A DNA stretch of 64,000 nt from Tricharina praecox. Lineage: Eukaryota. The DNA lies in contig NW_026250403.1 of NCBI RefSeq assembly GCF_024521635.1, forward strand, positions 186,001 to 250,000, written 5' to 3'. Position numbers and translations under genes: made by a program. Positions 11,930 to 25,025 of this stretch are shown one piece after another (position 1 is the stretch's first letter; the number at the start of each line of letters is the position of its first letter). The notes under the pieces were generated by a model. The model worked only from the letters and a program-made list of their open reading frames with translations, was not told the origin of the DNA and did no database searches.

Positions 11930-14751
11930 ATGTGTAAGCCTGAGCTCCTCTATTGTAGCTGTGTCAATTCTCACGTTCGAAGACGTCAGTGCTGTCCTCA
12001 CACCCCCGTTAGCAAGCTCCACGGTAGTGGATTCTTCCGAAGCGGTAAAACACCACCTTTCCCGGCATCTCGCCTGGCAACGGAGCAGTTCTGACAGTGC
12101 TTGATAGGCCCGTTTCGTTGCCTGCTTGGAAGTATCGGAAGAGCCTACAAACAACTGGATTGTCGAGCTATGGTACGGCCATAAAGGCGCAGAATGGCAG
12201 TCGGCAGCATTTACCCCGGCAACATCTTCGGAGCTTACGGTAGGTAGCCCGACCTTCTGCCCCACGAAACAACCTTTCTGAATAACAGTGGCGCAGTTGT
12301 ACGATGCGAGCAAACAATCCCGACGCAAGAAGTGTCTGTACACACTGATGCTAAACTCCACCGGAAACCCGAATCCTCTCCAGTTTACACTGCGCTTCAA
12401 GCTTCAAGCTTCCCATTCGTGGATCTGGATTCGGGACCAGACCCATCTGGGAGATGGGCAGATCATCTTTCGGCGGCCAGAGATTGCAGCTTCCGTGTCG
12501 TTCGATTCGCTCTTTTCTGATCCGGATTCCGCCTTGTCAGTGAAAAAGATTCGTTCCGGTGTTGAGGGTGTGGAGCTTTTCGATGTTGAGTCGGCAGCGC
12601 CAGCTCTTGACGATGAGTGGAGTACCACCAACATGGGTGCGCCGGTATCGCTGGAACACTTCTATGCCTTAGTAAGTTGGAGTTTCTTGCCGTCGGGGAG
12701 GCCGAGTGCTGACGCGCAAAATAGGTGAAGATACGGGCGCCGTGGATGGGGCCGCGTCAGGGAACAACCAAATTTGATGTTGATGAGGATACACTCCTTG
12801 CTGGCTGGCTACGATCGGATGGCCGCCACGTGGTGGTTCTCGCAATTTCGGGACTCGGTTTCACGACCAATTACATCCGTTCCGAGAGTGGACGAGTACT
12901 TCTGAATGCGAGGAATGACAGTGGCAAGCCTCAATCCCACCGCGCTCTTGTCGCTACAGGCTTGGATTGGCATTCGGCTATCAGTGCAGCGTTCGATGAA
13001 GCTCGGAACCTGTTGAGGCAGTGGGGAGTTACCGAGGAAACTGCCCCACCAGAGATGGAGCCATTGTGGCGAGAATCATGGTATGACGGTTTGGGATACT
13101 GTACGTGGAACTCGCTCGGACGAGAACTCACGCAGGATCGTGTTCTCAATGCGCTGCAAGACTTGCACGACAAGGGCGTATTCGTCTCGACCGTGATCAT
13201 CGACGATAACTGGCAGTCGCTCGACAACCAAAGGCGCTGGGATAAATTCGAAGCCAATGAATACTTTCCTAACGGTCTGAAAGGACTGACATCCGAGATA
13301 AAACGCCGTTTCAAGTACATCGCGCACATCGCTGTGTGGCATGCCATTGTCGGATATTGGGAGGGTGTTTCCCCCGATGGCTGGATCGCTTCCAACTACA
13401 AATGCACGACGATCAAGTGGCGTGGCGGACACGACGTCACTATCGTGGACGAAACCGATGTCGACAGAATGTACAATGACTTCTACAGGTTCCTGAAGAG
13501 CAGTGGTGTGGATTCGGTCAAGTGTGACGTGCAGAGCGCTCTCTCGGACTTTGATCACGCCGTTGACCGCAAGAGACTCGGCCATGCCTATCAGGATGCA
13601 TTCAAGGTTAGTGGCTTGAGGTATTTCCAAGCGAGGGTGATATACTGCATGGCAATGATCCCGGACACCTTCTTTCACTCGCTGCTTCAACACCGTGGCC
13701 CAACAGTGCTGCTTCGGAACTCGGACGGTCAGTATATCTTAACAGTTAGTGGTGGCCGTGAACGACGCTCATGAGACACAGACTTCTACCCCGACATCCC
13801 CGACTCACACCCGTGGCATCTATTCTGCAATGCGATGAACAACATATACACATCCTATCTGAACGTTCTCCCAGACTGGGATATGTTCCAAACCAGTCTC
13901 CCTGAATACGCGGGACTGCACGCGGCCGGCCGCTGCATCTCCGGAGGCCCCATCTACATCACCGATACACCCGGTAGCCACTCCTTACCACTGATCGAGC
14001 AAATGGGCGCTACATCCATCCGCGAACCCAACCGCCTCGTCGTTCTCCGTCCCGCCGCAGCAAGTATCCCACTAGACCCATATGTAGCGTACAACTCCAA
14101 CCGCCTCCTCAAAGTCCGCAGCGCCTACGGTGCCGTGTCAATGATGGCGGTCTTCAACGTCTCCACGGACGAAAACTCCGAGCTCATCTCCCTGAGCGAG
14201 TTCGAGAACATCCTGGACGGGAAGGAGTACGTTGTGCGCGCGCAGACTACGGGCGAGATCTTTGGTCCCGCGACGCCCGGTTCTGACAAGGTGCTGGTAT
14301 CGCTCACGCTGCAGGTCGCCGGCTGGGAGTTCCTCAGTGCCGTTCCCGTCACGAAACGCGCAGACTTCGAGGTCGGCGTCATCGGTCTGGTCTCGCAGCT
14401 GGCGGGCGCCGCGGCTGTCACCCAGACTTGGATCGGCGACGATGGGACTCTGACGAAGATCCAGGTGCAGCTTAAGGCGCTGGGAACTCTTGGTACCACA
14501 TCCCACCCCCCCCCTTACACCCGCAGCCCGCTAACTGATGCGTAAAAAAAGGCTTCTACATCTCCGACCTCGAAGACAGAAACATCGACGACATGTTTGC
14601 CATCCTTGCTGGCTCGCCGGTGCCGGTACATACGGTGCAGAAGAGCAAGAGCGACAAGAGGGTGCTCGAAGTTGATGTGGCCGCTGCGTGGAAGGAGCTG
14701 GGACTGCAGACGAGGTGGAGTAATGAGGTTGTTTTGCAGTTTTTCTTGTAG
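11930..14751 (+). CDS. Raffinose synthase / seed imbibition protein Sip1 family (GH36 alpha-galactosidase-like), about 6 exons
   Basis: Motifs GYCTWNSLG, IIDDNWQ, VWHAIVGYW, KCDVQ (nucleophile), RNSD|DF (acid/base), PDWDMFQT and ISGGPIYITD. The first exon is only ATGT; last exon is 14552-14751. Confidence 0.92.
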
Positions 14752-15445
14752 TGAGGGAGGGAGGGGTGTGAGGGCTGGGGGGTTGGGTTGGGTGGGTTTG
14801 GGGTTGTCGTTGGTTGCGTAGGTGGGTACAGCTAGGCTGGACTGGAATGGACTGGACTGTGGCAATGGCAATGGCAATGGCAATGGGATTGTTACTTAGG
14901 TAAAGAGAAATACTTAGGTAGGGATCGATATATGAATACTTTGAGACATTTATCCAACTTCGCCTTGAGAGTGCCTTACGGGTGGTGGGTGATACAGCTG
15001 GGAATTGCTGCCTACCTACTGGCTGGACGCTGTCGTTCTAAGTCTGAAGTTCTGGTCCTTCTGGAAGACTGGAACTGCAGCTGTAGGATCTGCACGGTTC
15101 TCGCTGTGGTTGGTTAGTTGGTACGGTACGGTACAGCGCGCCCCCCCCCCCTATGCAGCTTCAATTCCGCTGGTTTTTGGGGGGTTGTTTAATCATCATG
15201 GCATTCGAGAATCGACCTCGGTGGATCATGGCTGAGCACATACTTTATACACTGTTTCCTACCCACCCCACTGCCTGCACCGGATGAGCTGTGTTGTGTT
15301 GTGTCTAGAGGATGAGAAGAAGCGGGCGAAGTGAATGGCGGGTGGAAGGCCCTACGGGTGGTAGTGAGAGCTTGGAATGCTGTATCTTTAGGCACTTCTC
15401 CGAGTGATCGTAAGTGTGATCATCAGTGTGACTATTGAGTGAGAC

Positions 15446-15696
15446 GTTGAATGGAGCATTGAACGAGACATTGAATGGGGCATTGAAGGGGCATTGAAGG
15501 GGCATTGCATACGATGGTACTGGGTGCGTGAATGAGGCATTGCAGGTGATGGTGCTGGGTGAGTAAATGGGGTATTGTAGATGATGGTGCTGGGTGCGTG
15601 AAGGGGGCATTACAGACAATGGTGCTGGGTGAGTGAATGGGGCATGGAAGAGATATTGCAGATGATGGTTCTGGGTGCGTGAATGGGTATTGCAGA
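15446..15696. repeat. Degenerate minisatellite: 11-12 bp units (CATTGAAnGGGG) followed by about 5 copies of a 35-bp unit
   Basis: Consensus approximately GGGGCATTGCAGAYGATGGTGCTGGGTGMGTGAAT, repeated in tandem. Confidence 0.85.
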
Positions 15697-16094
15697 CAAA
15701 AATCCTCAGGCATTGGATGGGGCAATGAAGTGTAGTTAGTAGCTATGGGATCCACGACGGATAGCCTCTTTGGTGTGGTTCACCGTCACTCATATCACTC
15801 GGATCCCAACTCCGCAACGAGAACCAACATCTTTCCGACTCCACCCCACCCCACCTTCGAATCGAACAAACGCAATGGGTATAACAGTACTCCACAGCTG
15901 CGGCTATTATACAGACGGTACCAAGTGCGTACCTGGCAAGATAAAGAAGAAAGAAACAGGTAAGTAATTCATACACCAAACAGCCCTATACCAAACGCCG
16001 ATGCAAGAAAGAAGACACCCCAGCCACACCAAAACACACACAGTAATGTCCAAAAAAACCCCACCGGGAAAAAACAAATGGTATTTCTTGACCC

Positions 16095-18494
16095 CTACAA
16101 AGTCATGGTACTATTATGTTCCTTCAGCATCTCCGTCAGTCTCTCAAGCTCGCGATTGAACTCGACAATCCTGCCCAGCATCCCCGATCCATCCGCACCA
16201 CCGCCTGTTACGAGCGGTGCAAGCCGGTATATGAGTGCGTCGAGACCGCTTTCGACAGTGGCTTCCAGTTCCGATAATGGTAGGTTTGCGAATTCAACTT
16301 CTGCGCGCTCGACGAGGTCGGTGACGCCCTCGTAGGCCGAACCTACTCTTTGCCGGATCTACCCAGTCATTAGCTGGTGTGAAAAAGGGCTAGAAGAGGA
16401 ATTGTGGCAATGACAAACCTGGTTTCGCTTGGACGCGCTCTCGTGCTTGTTTCTAACTTCGTCTTGCTGCACAGCCACGAGTTGCCGTTGCTTCTTGATC
16501 TCCAGAATCTCTTGTTGGAGCTGTAGCTTCCGTCTGATAGCTTGGCGGTTCCGGACCTGGAGGTTCAGATAGTTTTCGATGCTATCCGTCTGTGGTTTAT
16601 CAGTCAGCACATAGTTCGAGCTAACAATCGGGCATGGTGGGAAGTATACCAATTGACGCAGTTTCGCCGCGAGCTCCTCCTTGAAGATTCCTACAGCCTC
16701 TTTCTCAATTCTGGTTTGTAAATTCGGATAGACGCGGTCGATCTGCTCGATAAGAAGCGTGTAGACAATGTCTGCAGGGTTGACACCTTTGCGGTTACTT
16801 TGGGGCGGAGGTGCGATGATGCCGGCGGCTTTGTCGAAACGATGAATCAGGATTTCAACACCATCTTTGGGTTGTTTCTGGCGGGGTTCATTGCCTTCCC
16901 CCGCGGCATAGTCATCATCCCGCCGTTTCTGAGCGGATGACTTCCGGTTTTTCTTGGGTTGCGGAGGAGGAGTTTCCTCGTCTTCCTCTACTACCTGGGA
17001 TTCGTCGATTTCTTCCGCCTCCGCCTCCACCTCGTCCTCGCTCACCTCCGGTTCAGGTTCAGCCTCTGGCTGTCGCCTCGCTTTTTCCTTACCCTTCGCT
17101 TTCGCCCTCTGCGCCCGCAGTGCCACCGCTCTTGCCGCGGCCTCGGCTTCTTCCTCGGCAGCCAATCGTGCCTCTGCTTCCGCCTTTTCTTTTGCCCTAG
17201 CCTTCTTTTCGGCAAAGCGTGCTATTCGTGCTTCCCTAGCCGCTTCCACCTGTGCCTGCTTAAGTGCACTGCGTTCTGCCTCCTCAGCCTCCCGCTCTTC
17301 TTCCTCGCTAATCTTTGGCGCTGCGGGCTTCTTCCCGAGTGATTTCCGTGCAGGGTGTGGTGTTGGCGTTTGCTTTTCGACCATAGGCGAGGCGGGCGGT
17401 GGAGTCGGTGGCGCCTTTCGGGTTTGGCGGGGCGATCTTCGGACGAGGACTGGTGGCTTTTCCGGCTCCTCTACCTCAACTTCCACCTCGGGTGTTACAT
17501 CAAACTCAACAGGTTCGGGCTCGAATGTTGCTACTGGCTCCGATTCCGGCTCTGGCTCTGGCTCAGGTATAGGCTCTGGTTCAACCATAGTCTCGTGCTG
17601 CTCATCTAACAATGCATTTTCCTTGCTCCGATGATCCATCCGTTCCTCCTCCACCGGAGGCTCCAATTCCGGTTCCGGTTGCGACTCTAGTTCGGGCTGC
17701 GACTCCGGTTCGGGCTGCGACTCCGGTTCGGGCTGCGACTCTGGTATACGTTCCGGTTCCGGCTGCGAGGCCGACTCGTGCCGTGGTGTCTCAATCTTCC
17801 TTTTCTTCGCCGGCGACGCCGGTGACTCCAACAAGCCACCAATATCGAACCCAGCTTGAGCAACCGTCCGCGTGCTGTCAATGCTTGTCAACAAAGACCC
17901 TTCCCACCAGGAGCTCCTCCAACATACCCTGCACCCCTCAACCGCGCCAGCCTCCGTGCCTCCCTATCGCCATTAACCGCCACCCGCGCCTGTTGTCCCT
18001 GCTGCACCGCCTTTGCCTCCGGCGTATCCAAAAACTTGTCGGGACTTGGCTGCCGCGTTCGCTTCCCTCTAGCCTCCGGCGTACCACTTCCGAAGACGGA
18101 CCGGCGCGGCTCATTGTTGTTGTTGCTGGTCGTTCGCACGTTACGCGGCGAGGTACGGCGCGTCTTCGGAGTCTCTGCCGGTGCGCTCCGGACCGCTGGT
18201 ACGAGCGGAGTCGGGGTCACGATTGCTGGTAGCTGCGTTGGCGGCGCCGCCGGGGGAGCGGATTCCGGTGTTGCTAGGAGATCAAGATCAAACCCTGGGT
18301 TTGAAACCTTGCGCGCTCTTCGAAATTTCAGCATGAAGCTTCCCAGACTCCATCGCCATGCGAAGGGAAGTTTTACCCAGCACCTCGTAACCGCGCAGCC
18401 AGCCGCTCCTGGTATCTTTCATTTTCTGTGAGCGGTGAGTTAGTTGGGTGCGCGCGGCTTCGGAAGCGGGGATGAGTTTCGTACGGGAGGCCAT
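16095..18494 (-). CDS. AME1: Inner kinetochore subunit Ame1/CENP-U-like protein, 6 exons
   Basis: Spliced N-terminus MASQNERYQERLAARLRGAG resembles the yeast Ame1 LAFRLRG motif. A long acidic/Pro disordered middle is followed by a C-terminal coiled coil (LNLQVRNRQAIRRKLQLQQEILEIKKQR) and a GMLGRIVEFNRELE tail. Confidence 0.7.
17669..17744 (-). repeat. Coding 18-bp tandem repeat (ESQPEP x4) in the Ame1-like gene
   Basis: CCGGTTCGGGCTGCGACT units in tandem. Confidence 0.85.
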
Positions 18495-18611
18495 TTGAGG
18501 GGTTGTGCATTAGGGGAATATTCTTATCGTCGGTCGGGTGAGGCGGCGGCGGGCGACGTTGCTGGTGGGGCGGGCGGCGGGCTGGAGCGCGATGTTTGGG
18601 TTCGGCAGGCT

Positions 18612-18617
18612 ACGCGT
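18612..18617. promoter_or_regulatory. Putative MCB element upstream of the Ame1-like gene
   Basis: ACGCGT about 120 bp upstream of the ATG. Confidence 0.3.
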
Positions 18618-19078
18618 GCGTGTTGTGAGTTTCCGTTGTGGCTCACGGCCTGTGGATGAGATGGACGGCTTGGCTCAGCCCTAGCCGTTTTCTTTTTGGG
18701 CATATTTTCCGAGTGAGATAAAGTGATACAAAGTGAATCCTGGAGTGGTATCCAGTTGTTCATGAATGGCAGAGCATCTCATAGTTGGCTGTAAAGGGTT
18801 CTATTTTGAGTGGTGCAATTACTTTGAAGTTTGAGCAAACCCATAAGCACTTGCTCCCTTACCTATGCTAATGGAATGCCACTACTATTCGATCAAAATA
18901 TCACTTCCGGATGGCAGCAGAGCATCCAGTGAGTCGTGACCTCCGGGTCTAGACGGATAAGATGTAGGTGCAAAACCAAGTCACCTAGGTACTTGATCTG
19001 AGAACGAAGCCAATTTTCGATTGACACCTACATACGAAAAGAAGAAAAAAGGAAACTGAAATCCCCACGACCATCTCA

Positions 19079-22000
19079 TCAAAAGCTCATTAGATCTTCG
19101 GCACTAGCTGCCTTCCTCGCAATGTCTTCCAGAATTTCACTTTCCGCACCAGTTTGCTGGACCATGTCGTAAAAGGCACCCTTTGCCTGTATTAATTTCC
19201 AGGGAGAATCGAATTCCTGAGGATCATAATTAGTTGGATCTGGAAGAGAGGAGGGGAGGTATGAATTGCTTACCAAAACTTTTCCGTCACCAAGAACCAA
19301 AATCCGGTCATAGTCCATCACCGTCTGTAATCTATGCGCAATAACAAGCGTCGTGCAGTCCCTAAACTCCTCGCGGATACTCTTCTGGATGAGGGCATCT
19401 GTCTCCATATCGACGGCGGACGTAGCCTCATCCAGCACGAGTATCTTGGGCCGCGAAACGATGGCTCGAGCAAGGCAGAGCAGTTGTCTTTGCCCTTGAC
19501 TCAGATTGAGACCTCCTTCCGAAACCTTCGAGTCTAGGCTAGCAAAGACATTCAGATTTTCACCACCCGTCGCCGAGGAGCCGGATGCCGAGAATGAGTC
19601 GGCGGTCAACGTTCCCACAACGTGCACTCGCTGGAGCGCCTCCTGCAGCTCTGCATCAGTGTACTCATTAAACGCGTCCAGGTTGGACCTGATAGTTCCA
19701 GAGAAGAGCACGGGATCCTGTGGAATGATCGCGAGACGACTACGCAGCTCACGAAGGTTGACGGTGGAGATGTCGATACCGTCGATGAAGATTGTGCCGG
19801 AGGTTGCTCGGATGAACTGGAATAGTGCGAGGGTGAGGGATGACTTTCCGGCGCCGGTTCGACCGACAAGTCCTACACGCTCCCGAGGCTGGACGTCGAA
19901 TGTAATTCCCTTGAGGACGGGTGGGAGCTCTGGTGCGTAACTAACGTACAGATCGTCGACTTCAACCCTGCCCTCGGTAGGCCATGCAGCGGGCGGAAGA
20001 ACGCCGCCTCGGTCTTCGGTTGGAAGCGAGGTGTATTCCACAATCCGCTCGGTGCTGTTCATGTCCAGCTCCACATTTGCGTAGCGTCTCAAGGTCCAGA
20101 TGACGTATCCAGTGTAATTAAGCGTAAAGCTCAGAGCAAAACCCGCCATAGACGCATCGATGTCACGCATCGCGACCACGAGGACTCCGATAACTACCGC
20201 GAATACCGTGCCGACAAGACTCATGCGAAGCCCAACCCATCGATTGAACACCCAGTTATACCATGTGCGCTGCCCGAATACGTCGATTCTGGCGAACATT
20301 CGGTCGGTGAACCCTTGAGATCGCCCGAATGCTCGGATTGTGGCGACGCCGGTCAGCGCTGCGCCGAAGAGCTCGAAGATAGGGCTTCGGCTGTTGCTTT
20401 CTAGCCGTTTGATCTCCCGTGCACCAGCCAGATAGTGGAAGGCGTATTGGATATTGACGCCGAGGCATACCAAGGCAACGAGTAGAACGTAGGGCGAGAG
20501 GTAAACACTGGCGTAAATTAGCTATTGCGTTTGCATCCAGGCTCAGCGATACTTACGCGGCAATATTGGTGCCCACTACTCGGAATAAGTTCCACATAAG
20601 GTACGCAATGTCGTTCGTCAGACGCGAATCAACAGTCTCAAAGTCCTTGCTGAATCTGTTTAGTATCCGCCCTGTAGGTACAGTATCCAGCCATCTTGCT
20701 TCATGTCAGTATTGGCACGAGTCTTGGATGCAGGTAAAAGCATACCGAAGAGGTGCCCGAAGAACCACATTGAGCAATTCATCAAAGAGGACACGTGATG
20801 CCCGAAGTGAAGTCATGAAGACATAGCCTTTAAATCGAAAGTATCAGCCAAAAACATAGTAAACTCTTAAGGGAGAGTGTCCATACCGTATCTTAGTGTG
20901 CCAAAAAGGCAAGCGATGAAACTCAAAGCTGTGTAAACACCAATCCAGTAGACGAGAGTGTGGTTTTCGGATGCCACAATTGCAAGCCTCTGCAAAGAGT
21001 ATTGCATCAAACTGGTGATATGGTGTGCAGATACTTGAGCTCCTTCCGAGGTCCAGGACTTGATCCACCATTGCTATACGAACATAATCAGCACCACCAC
21101 GCGGTTGGGGCTGGAACGGATCGGTTTACTCACCCTTCCTATAAGCAGACATTCCTGGAAAGCAAAGAATATCGCAATGAATACCCATACCCAGAAACTG
21201 AGCTCAAGTCAGTAAAGAGAAGCCCAATGGAAGTATGACACATACCCTCCACTCGAAGTTAGATACGCCTTGTATATCGTCCACTTCACAGCACCTCGCT
21301 CTCTCTCCTCATCCTGAATGAACTGCAGCGTCTTAGGAATGATGATGGGAGCCCCATGGCCAACGTGGTCAGTCTGACGAGACATGGCACTCTCTCTCGT
21401 GATAGTCCTCCGCAGTTCGTTATCTTCCTCTACGATTTGCTCCTCTGCCTCTTCAGCACCGTCTTCTACCTTAGCGATGATACGGTCAAGGATGCCGAGC
21501 TCCTGCAAATGTGCCACCGACCCCGCATTTTCGACGGTACCATTTGACAGGAATACCGCATATGCAGCCTCGGACATGCAGAGCTTGAGGTGGTGGGTAA
21601 CCAGTATACGGGTGCGGCCACGCATCAGATCACCAGTCAATCCGTTCTCGAAGATGTGCTTCCCGACATGAGCATCGACAGCTGAGAAGATGTCGTCCAG
21701 GATCAATATTCCGGCTCGTGAGTAAACAGCGCGAGCAAAAGAAACCCTCCAGCGTTGTCCACCACTCAGGTTAATTCCATTGGCACCGATTTCAGTCATG
21801 TCTCCGTCGGTAAGCATCTCGAGATCTTTGGTAAGCGCGCATGCCTCGATGGTTCGGCGGTACCTTCGCTCGTGGAATGGCAGACCGGAGAGGATGTTGT
21901 CCTTAATTGTTCCGTTCTCTATCCACGGAATTTGCGCTACGAATCCAACGGCATTAGGCAATACCTAGACGTATTAGCACTCTTGTATCCGAGCCATCGC

Positions 22001-24399
22001 CTTCATACTAGTTGCTCACCCAGTTGCTTGGTGTTGCTTTAGAGTCGAAACGCTCCTCCCAGGCTGGTGCCGGGGGCATCTCGATCCTACCACTGATCAG
22101 ATCCGCCTCGCCCAGCAGTGCCGATAGAAGCAAGCTCTTGCCCGAGCCTGTACGTCCCGAAACAATGCTCAGTTCGCCGAGAGGAAATTCCAAGTTGATA
22201 TTGCGTAAGCAGAACCTATCCGCCTCGTCTTCGGCATCCGTATCCGCAGACCAGGCAAAAGTAGCATGTACCATTGCGACCCTGCGCGAATCCGTGGTGG
22301 TCTTTTTCATCTCCGCAGAATCGAGATATTTTTGGATCCTCAGAACGCTGACGAATGCGTCGAAACCATCTGTGACCATTTCTGGTACGATCGAGAGAGT
22401 CCACTCCAGTTCACCGAAGATGGCCAGTGCCGAGAAGGCAATCGATGGCGAAATTGAGCCATTGATTATCGCATAAACTGAGAGCGCCACTGCTGAGAGA
22501 AACACTGGATTGATTCTTCGGCCACCATTAGGCCGAGGGCAAAGACAAACAAAGCGAGAGAACTCACATCCAGACCGCGATGAGTATGGTATCTGCAATG
22601 AACACTCTCTTGAGTATACCCAGCTCCTCTTCGCGCACACATCGGATTTTGTGCTCCCATCTATCCTCCAAGGCAGAGAACTTGATTTGCCGGATGCCTT
22701 GCAGGGCTTCCGATACAACAGCCATTTTCTTGTCCCTGTATAATTATGAGATTCAATGATCTTCATCCGTATGATTTGGTCCAATGAGCTCCATGGCTTA
22801 CCTGATCTTCATCAAGTCGTCCTGAGCCTTGGAATATTTCTTCGTGCAGTAGATGTTCAGTGGAGTCGTAACGACTATGACGGCCATACCCGCAACCAAG
22901 CTCTGCCACCTACGATAGCAGACAAATCAACACCGTGCAAGAGGTCCAGACGGGGGTCAGAGCACGAACCCGAGGATGATGATAATGAAAATGAAGCCAA
23001 ATATTGTCCCTGTGAATGACTCGATAAAGATATTCGACAGAGCGCAGAAGGTAGCTATACGTTCGGAGTCTACAGAAAGCAAATTGATTACGCCTTGCTT
23101 GGTGTCTTTCAACTCGTCTTCCTCGTCTTCCTTCTCCCCATTGCCTTCGGTTTCGCCTGCTTTCTGCGTTCCCTTGACATCTTTTCTCCGCATAGTTTTC
23201 GAAAACACGACGGCAGACAGCTGGTTTCGAAGTGGAATCATCAAACCCATATAAGACAGCCTGGAAGGTGAAGTATGAGCAATGCACACCGCCAAAAAAC
23301 GGGAAGCCTCGCGGTTATAGAGACTAACCAGTACATATATGATAGAATCATAGTTTCGAAGAGCTTGATGAGGCCGAGTGCTGCAACCCACAGCCAAGCT
23401 TGTGTTATGTCGTCTCCCTCTCCTCTGTCGCGCTTTTCCAGGTATTTCAGGAGTTGATTCAAGATGAGCGGTGGGGTGAAGGTCGACAGTGTCGCGATGA
23501 CAGTCAGGCCCCAAGTCATCATAAATGTTTTCCAGTGCACCCGGAAGATGTGCCGATACAACTTTGGAGACTTTTGGATGGCGTAGAATTCCTCCTGAAG
23601 ACGTTCTGCTCGTCTTGCACGATCTAGAACAGGAAGGTCCTCCTCATCAAAGTGGCCCTTTTCTACCGCCTTTTGGAGGATCGTGGTTCCCCAGTAGAAG
23701 GTATATCGTGAAAACAAGCAAGCAGTTCGCATCCCGTCAACTTGCTGGCCGTTGAAATACACATCAGGCCGTCGCGGAATAAAGACCGCCGCCGTGGCGA
23801 CCGCGATCGTTGAAAGGACCTGGATGATAGGGAACCAGAAGTCTGGAGTCCTGATGCCCGAGGGAGGCCTCAAAAGCAGGATTGCCGATTCCGCTACCAG
23901 GAACGTCATCGCGAGCACGAATAAGCGCCTACAGTGACCAAAACTGGGGCCACAGGCTCGCTCGAGATACAGAAAGATGCTTTGCACGAAGAGACAGGCC
24001 TGAAAGACAGGTCAACGTCGTAACCTCAGTTATGGGAGAATCGAAACTTACCCAATTGGCCGTGGAAATCCACGCAATGGCCATTCCGTGGTTGGTCGTC
24101 TTGGCCGGAGTCGCAGATACTCTGATTCCGAACGCTATCGATGCGAAAAGACCACAGCAAGCCGCGATGAGGATAATGATCTTCTGCGGTCGTACAATGT
24201 AACCAGCCATGGATTCGCGAGTAGAGATTCCATCTTCATCTTCATAAAGTCTGCCTGGAGCTTCCTCGTGGGATTCTTCTTTGTCGGATGCAATTCGGCG
24301 AACAAATCGAAGCAAACACAGCAGTGTAGAACCAACAATGACAACAGCGGAAATCACCGCCACTGGAACCTCGGTGTGCTCAGTGATGAAGCCCATCAT
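19079..24399 (-). CDS. Full-size ABCC/MRP-type ABC transporter (Ybt1/Bpt1-like), many exons
   Basis: NBD1 has GRTGSGKS, NLSGGQRWR and LILDDIFSAVD; NBD2 has GRTGAGKS, NLSQGQRQ and VLDEATSAVD. TMD motifs include PTGRILNRF and RSPIFELF, plus an N-terminal TM extension. Confidence 0.93.
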
Positions 24400-25013
24400 G
24401 CAAGGCACCACCTCGTGCGCACGGCGTTCTCGGACAGTCGCCGTTTGGACAGGCTCGGTCGTCGCACCCAACCGAAACTGTTGTTGACTTGGAGGAATCG
24501 ATATCCGTATGGGCAGGGTTGGCGGCGCGCTGGTGAAGAATTCTTCAATTCGGTCAACGTTGCGAGATTGTACCTAGGTGGACCCAATTTCTTCGAGCTC
24601 ACGTCGCTTTATACTTCTAGTACTTCCCTAATCACTCTTTTTTTTCTCAAGTGTTTGCGCTTCTGTGTTACGTTTCCGCTAATCGTTTGAGTCAGACAGC
24701 CGTTTTTTTCCTGTTTAGATGTTAGGCAAGTGGACATCACACCGTAATCCGGGCAGACGCGATGGCTCACGGTGAGCAACCAGCTGCAGCACTCTGAAGA
24801 TGGCGAACTCCGGGTTTCAATTTCGACCTGCTGTAAGACTCGAGTCGATGAAGTGAATGCACGGTCGTATCCGGTTCGGCAGGAGCAGAGCCTTTTCCCG
24901 GATCTACCTGCCACTCTTCGGATCGCAGGATCACAAGGAGGCCCGAATCTGCCGTAACGGGTTTGGTCAGATGCGGTAAACCGGCTACAACCGTTTATCT
25001 GGGCCTCCCAATG

Positions 25014-25025
25014 CACGTGACGTGA
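25014..25025. promoter_or_regulatory. Overlapping E-box (TCACGTG on the minus strand) and CRE-like TGACGT
   Basis: Sequence CACGTGACGTGA about 600 bp upstream of the ABC transporter. Confidence 0.3.

Noticed and set aside
15499-15696. 35-bp repeats as a CRISPR-like array
   Set aside because: The units are contiguous and degenerate, with no unique spacers and no cas genes, in a eukaryotic context.
15743-15979. Short ORFs between the minisatellite and the AME1 3' end
   Set aside because: No recognisable homology; probably 3' UTR or intergenic sequence.
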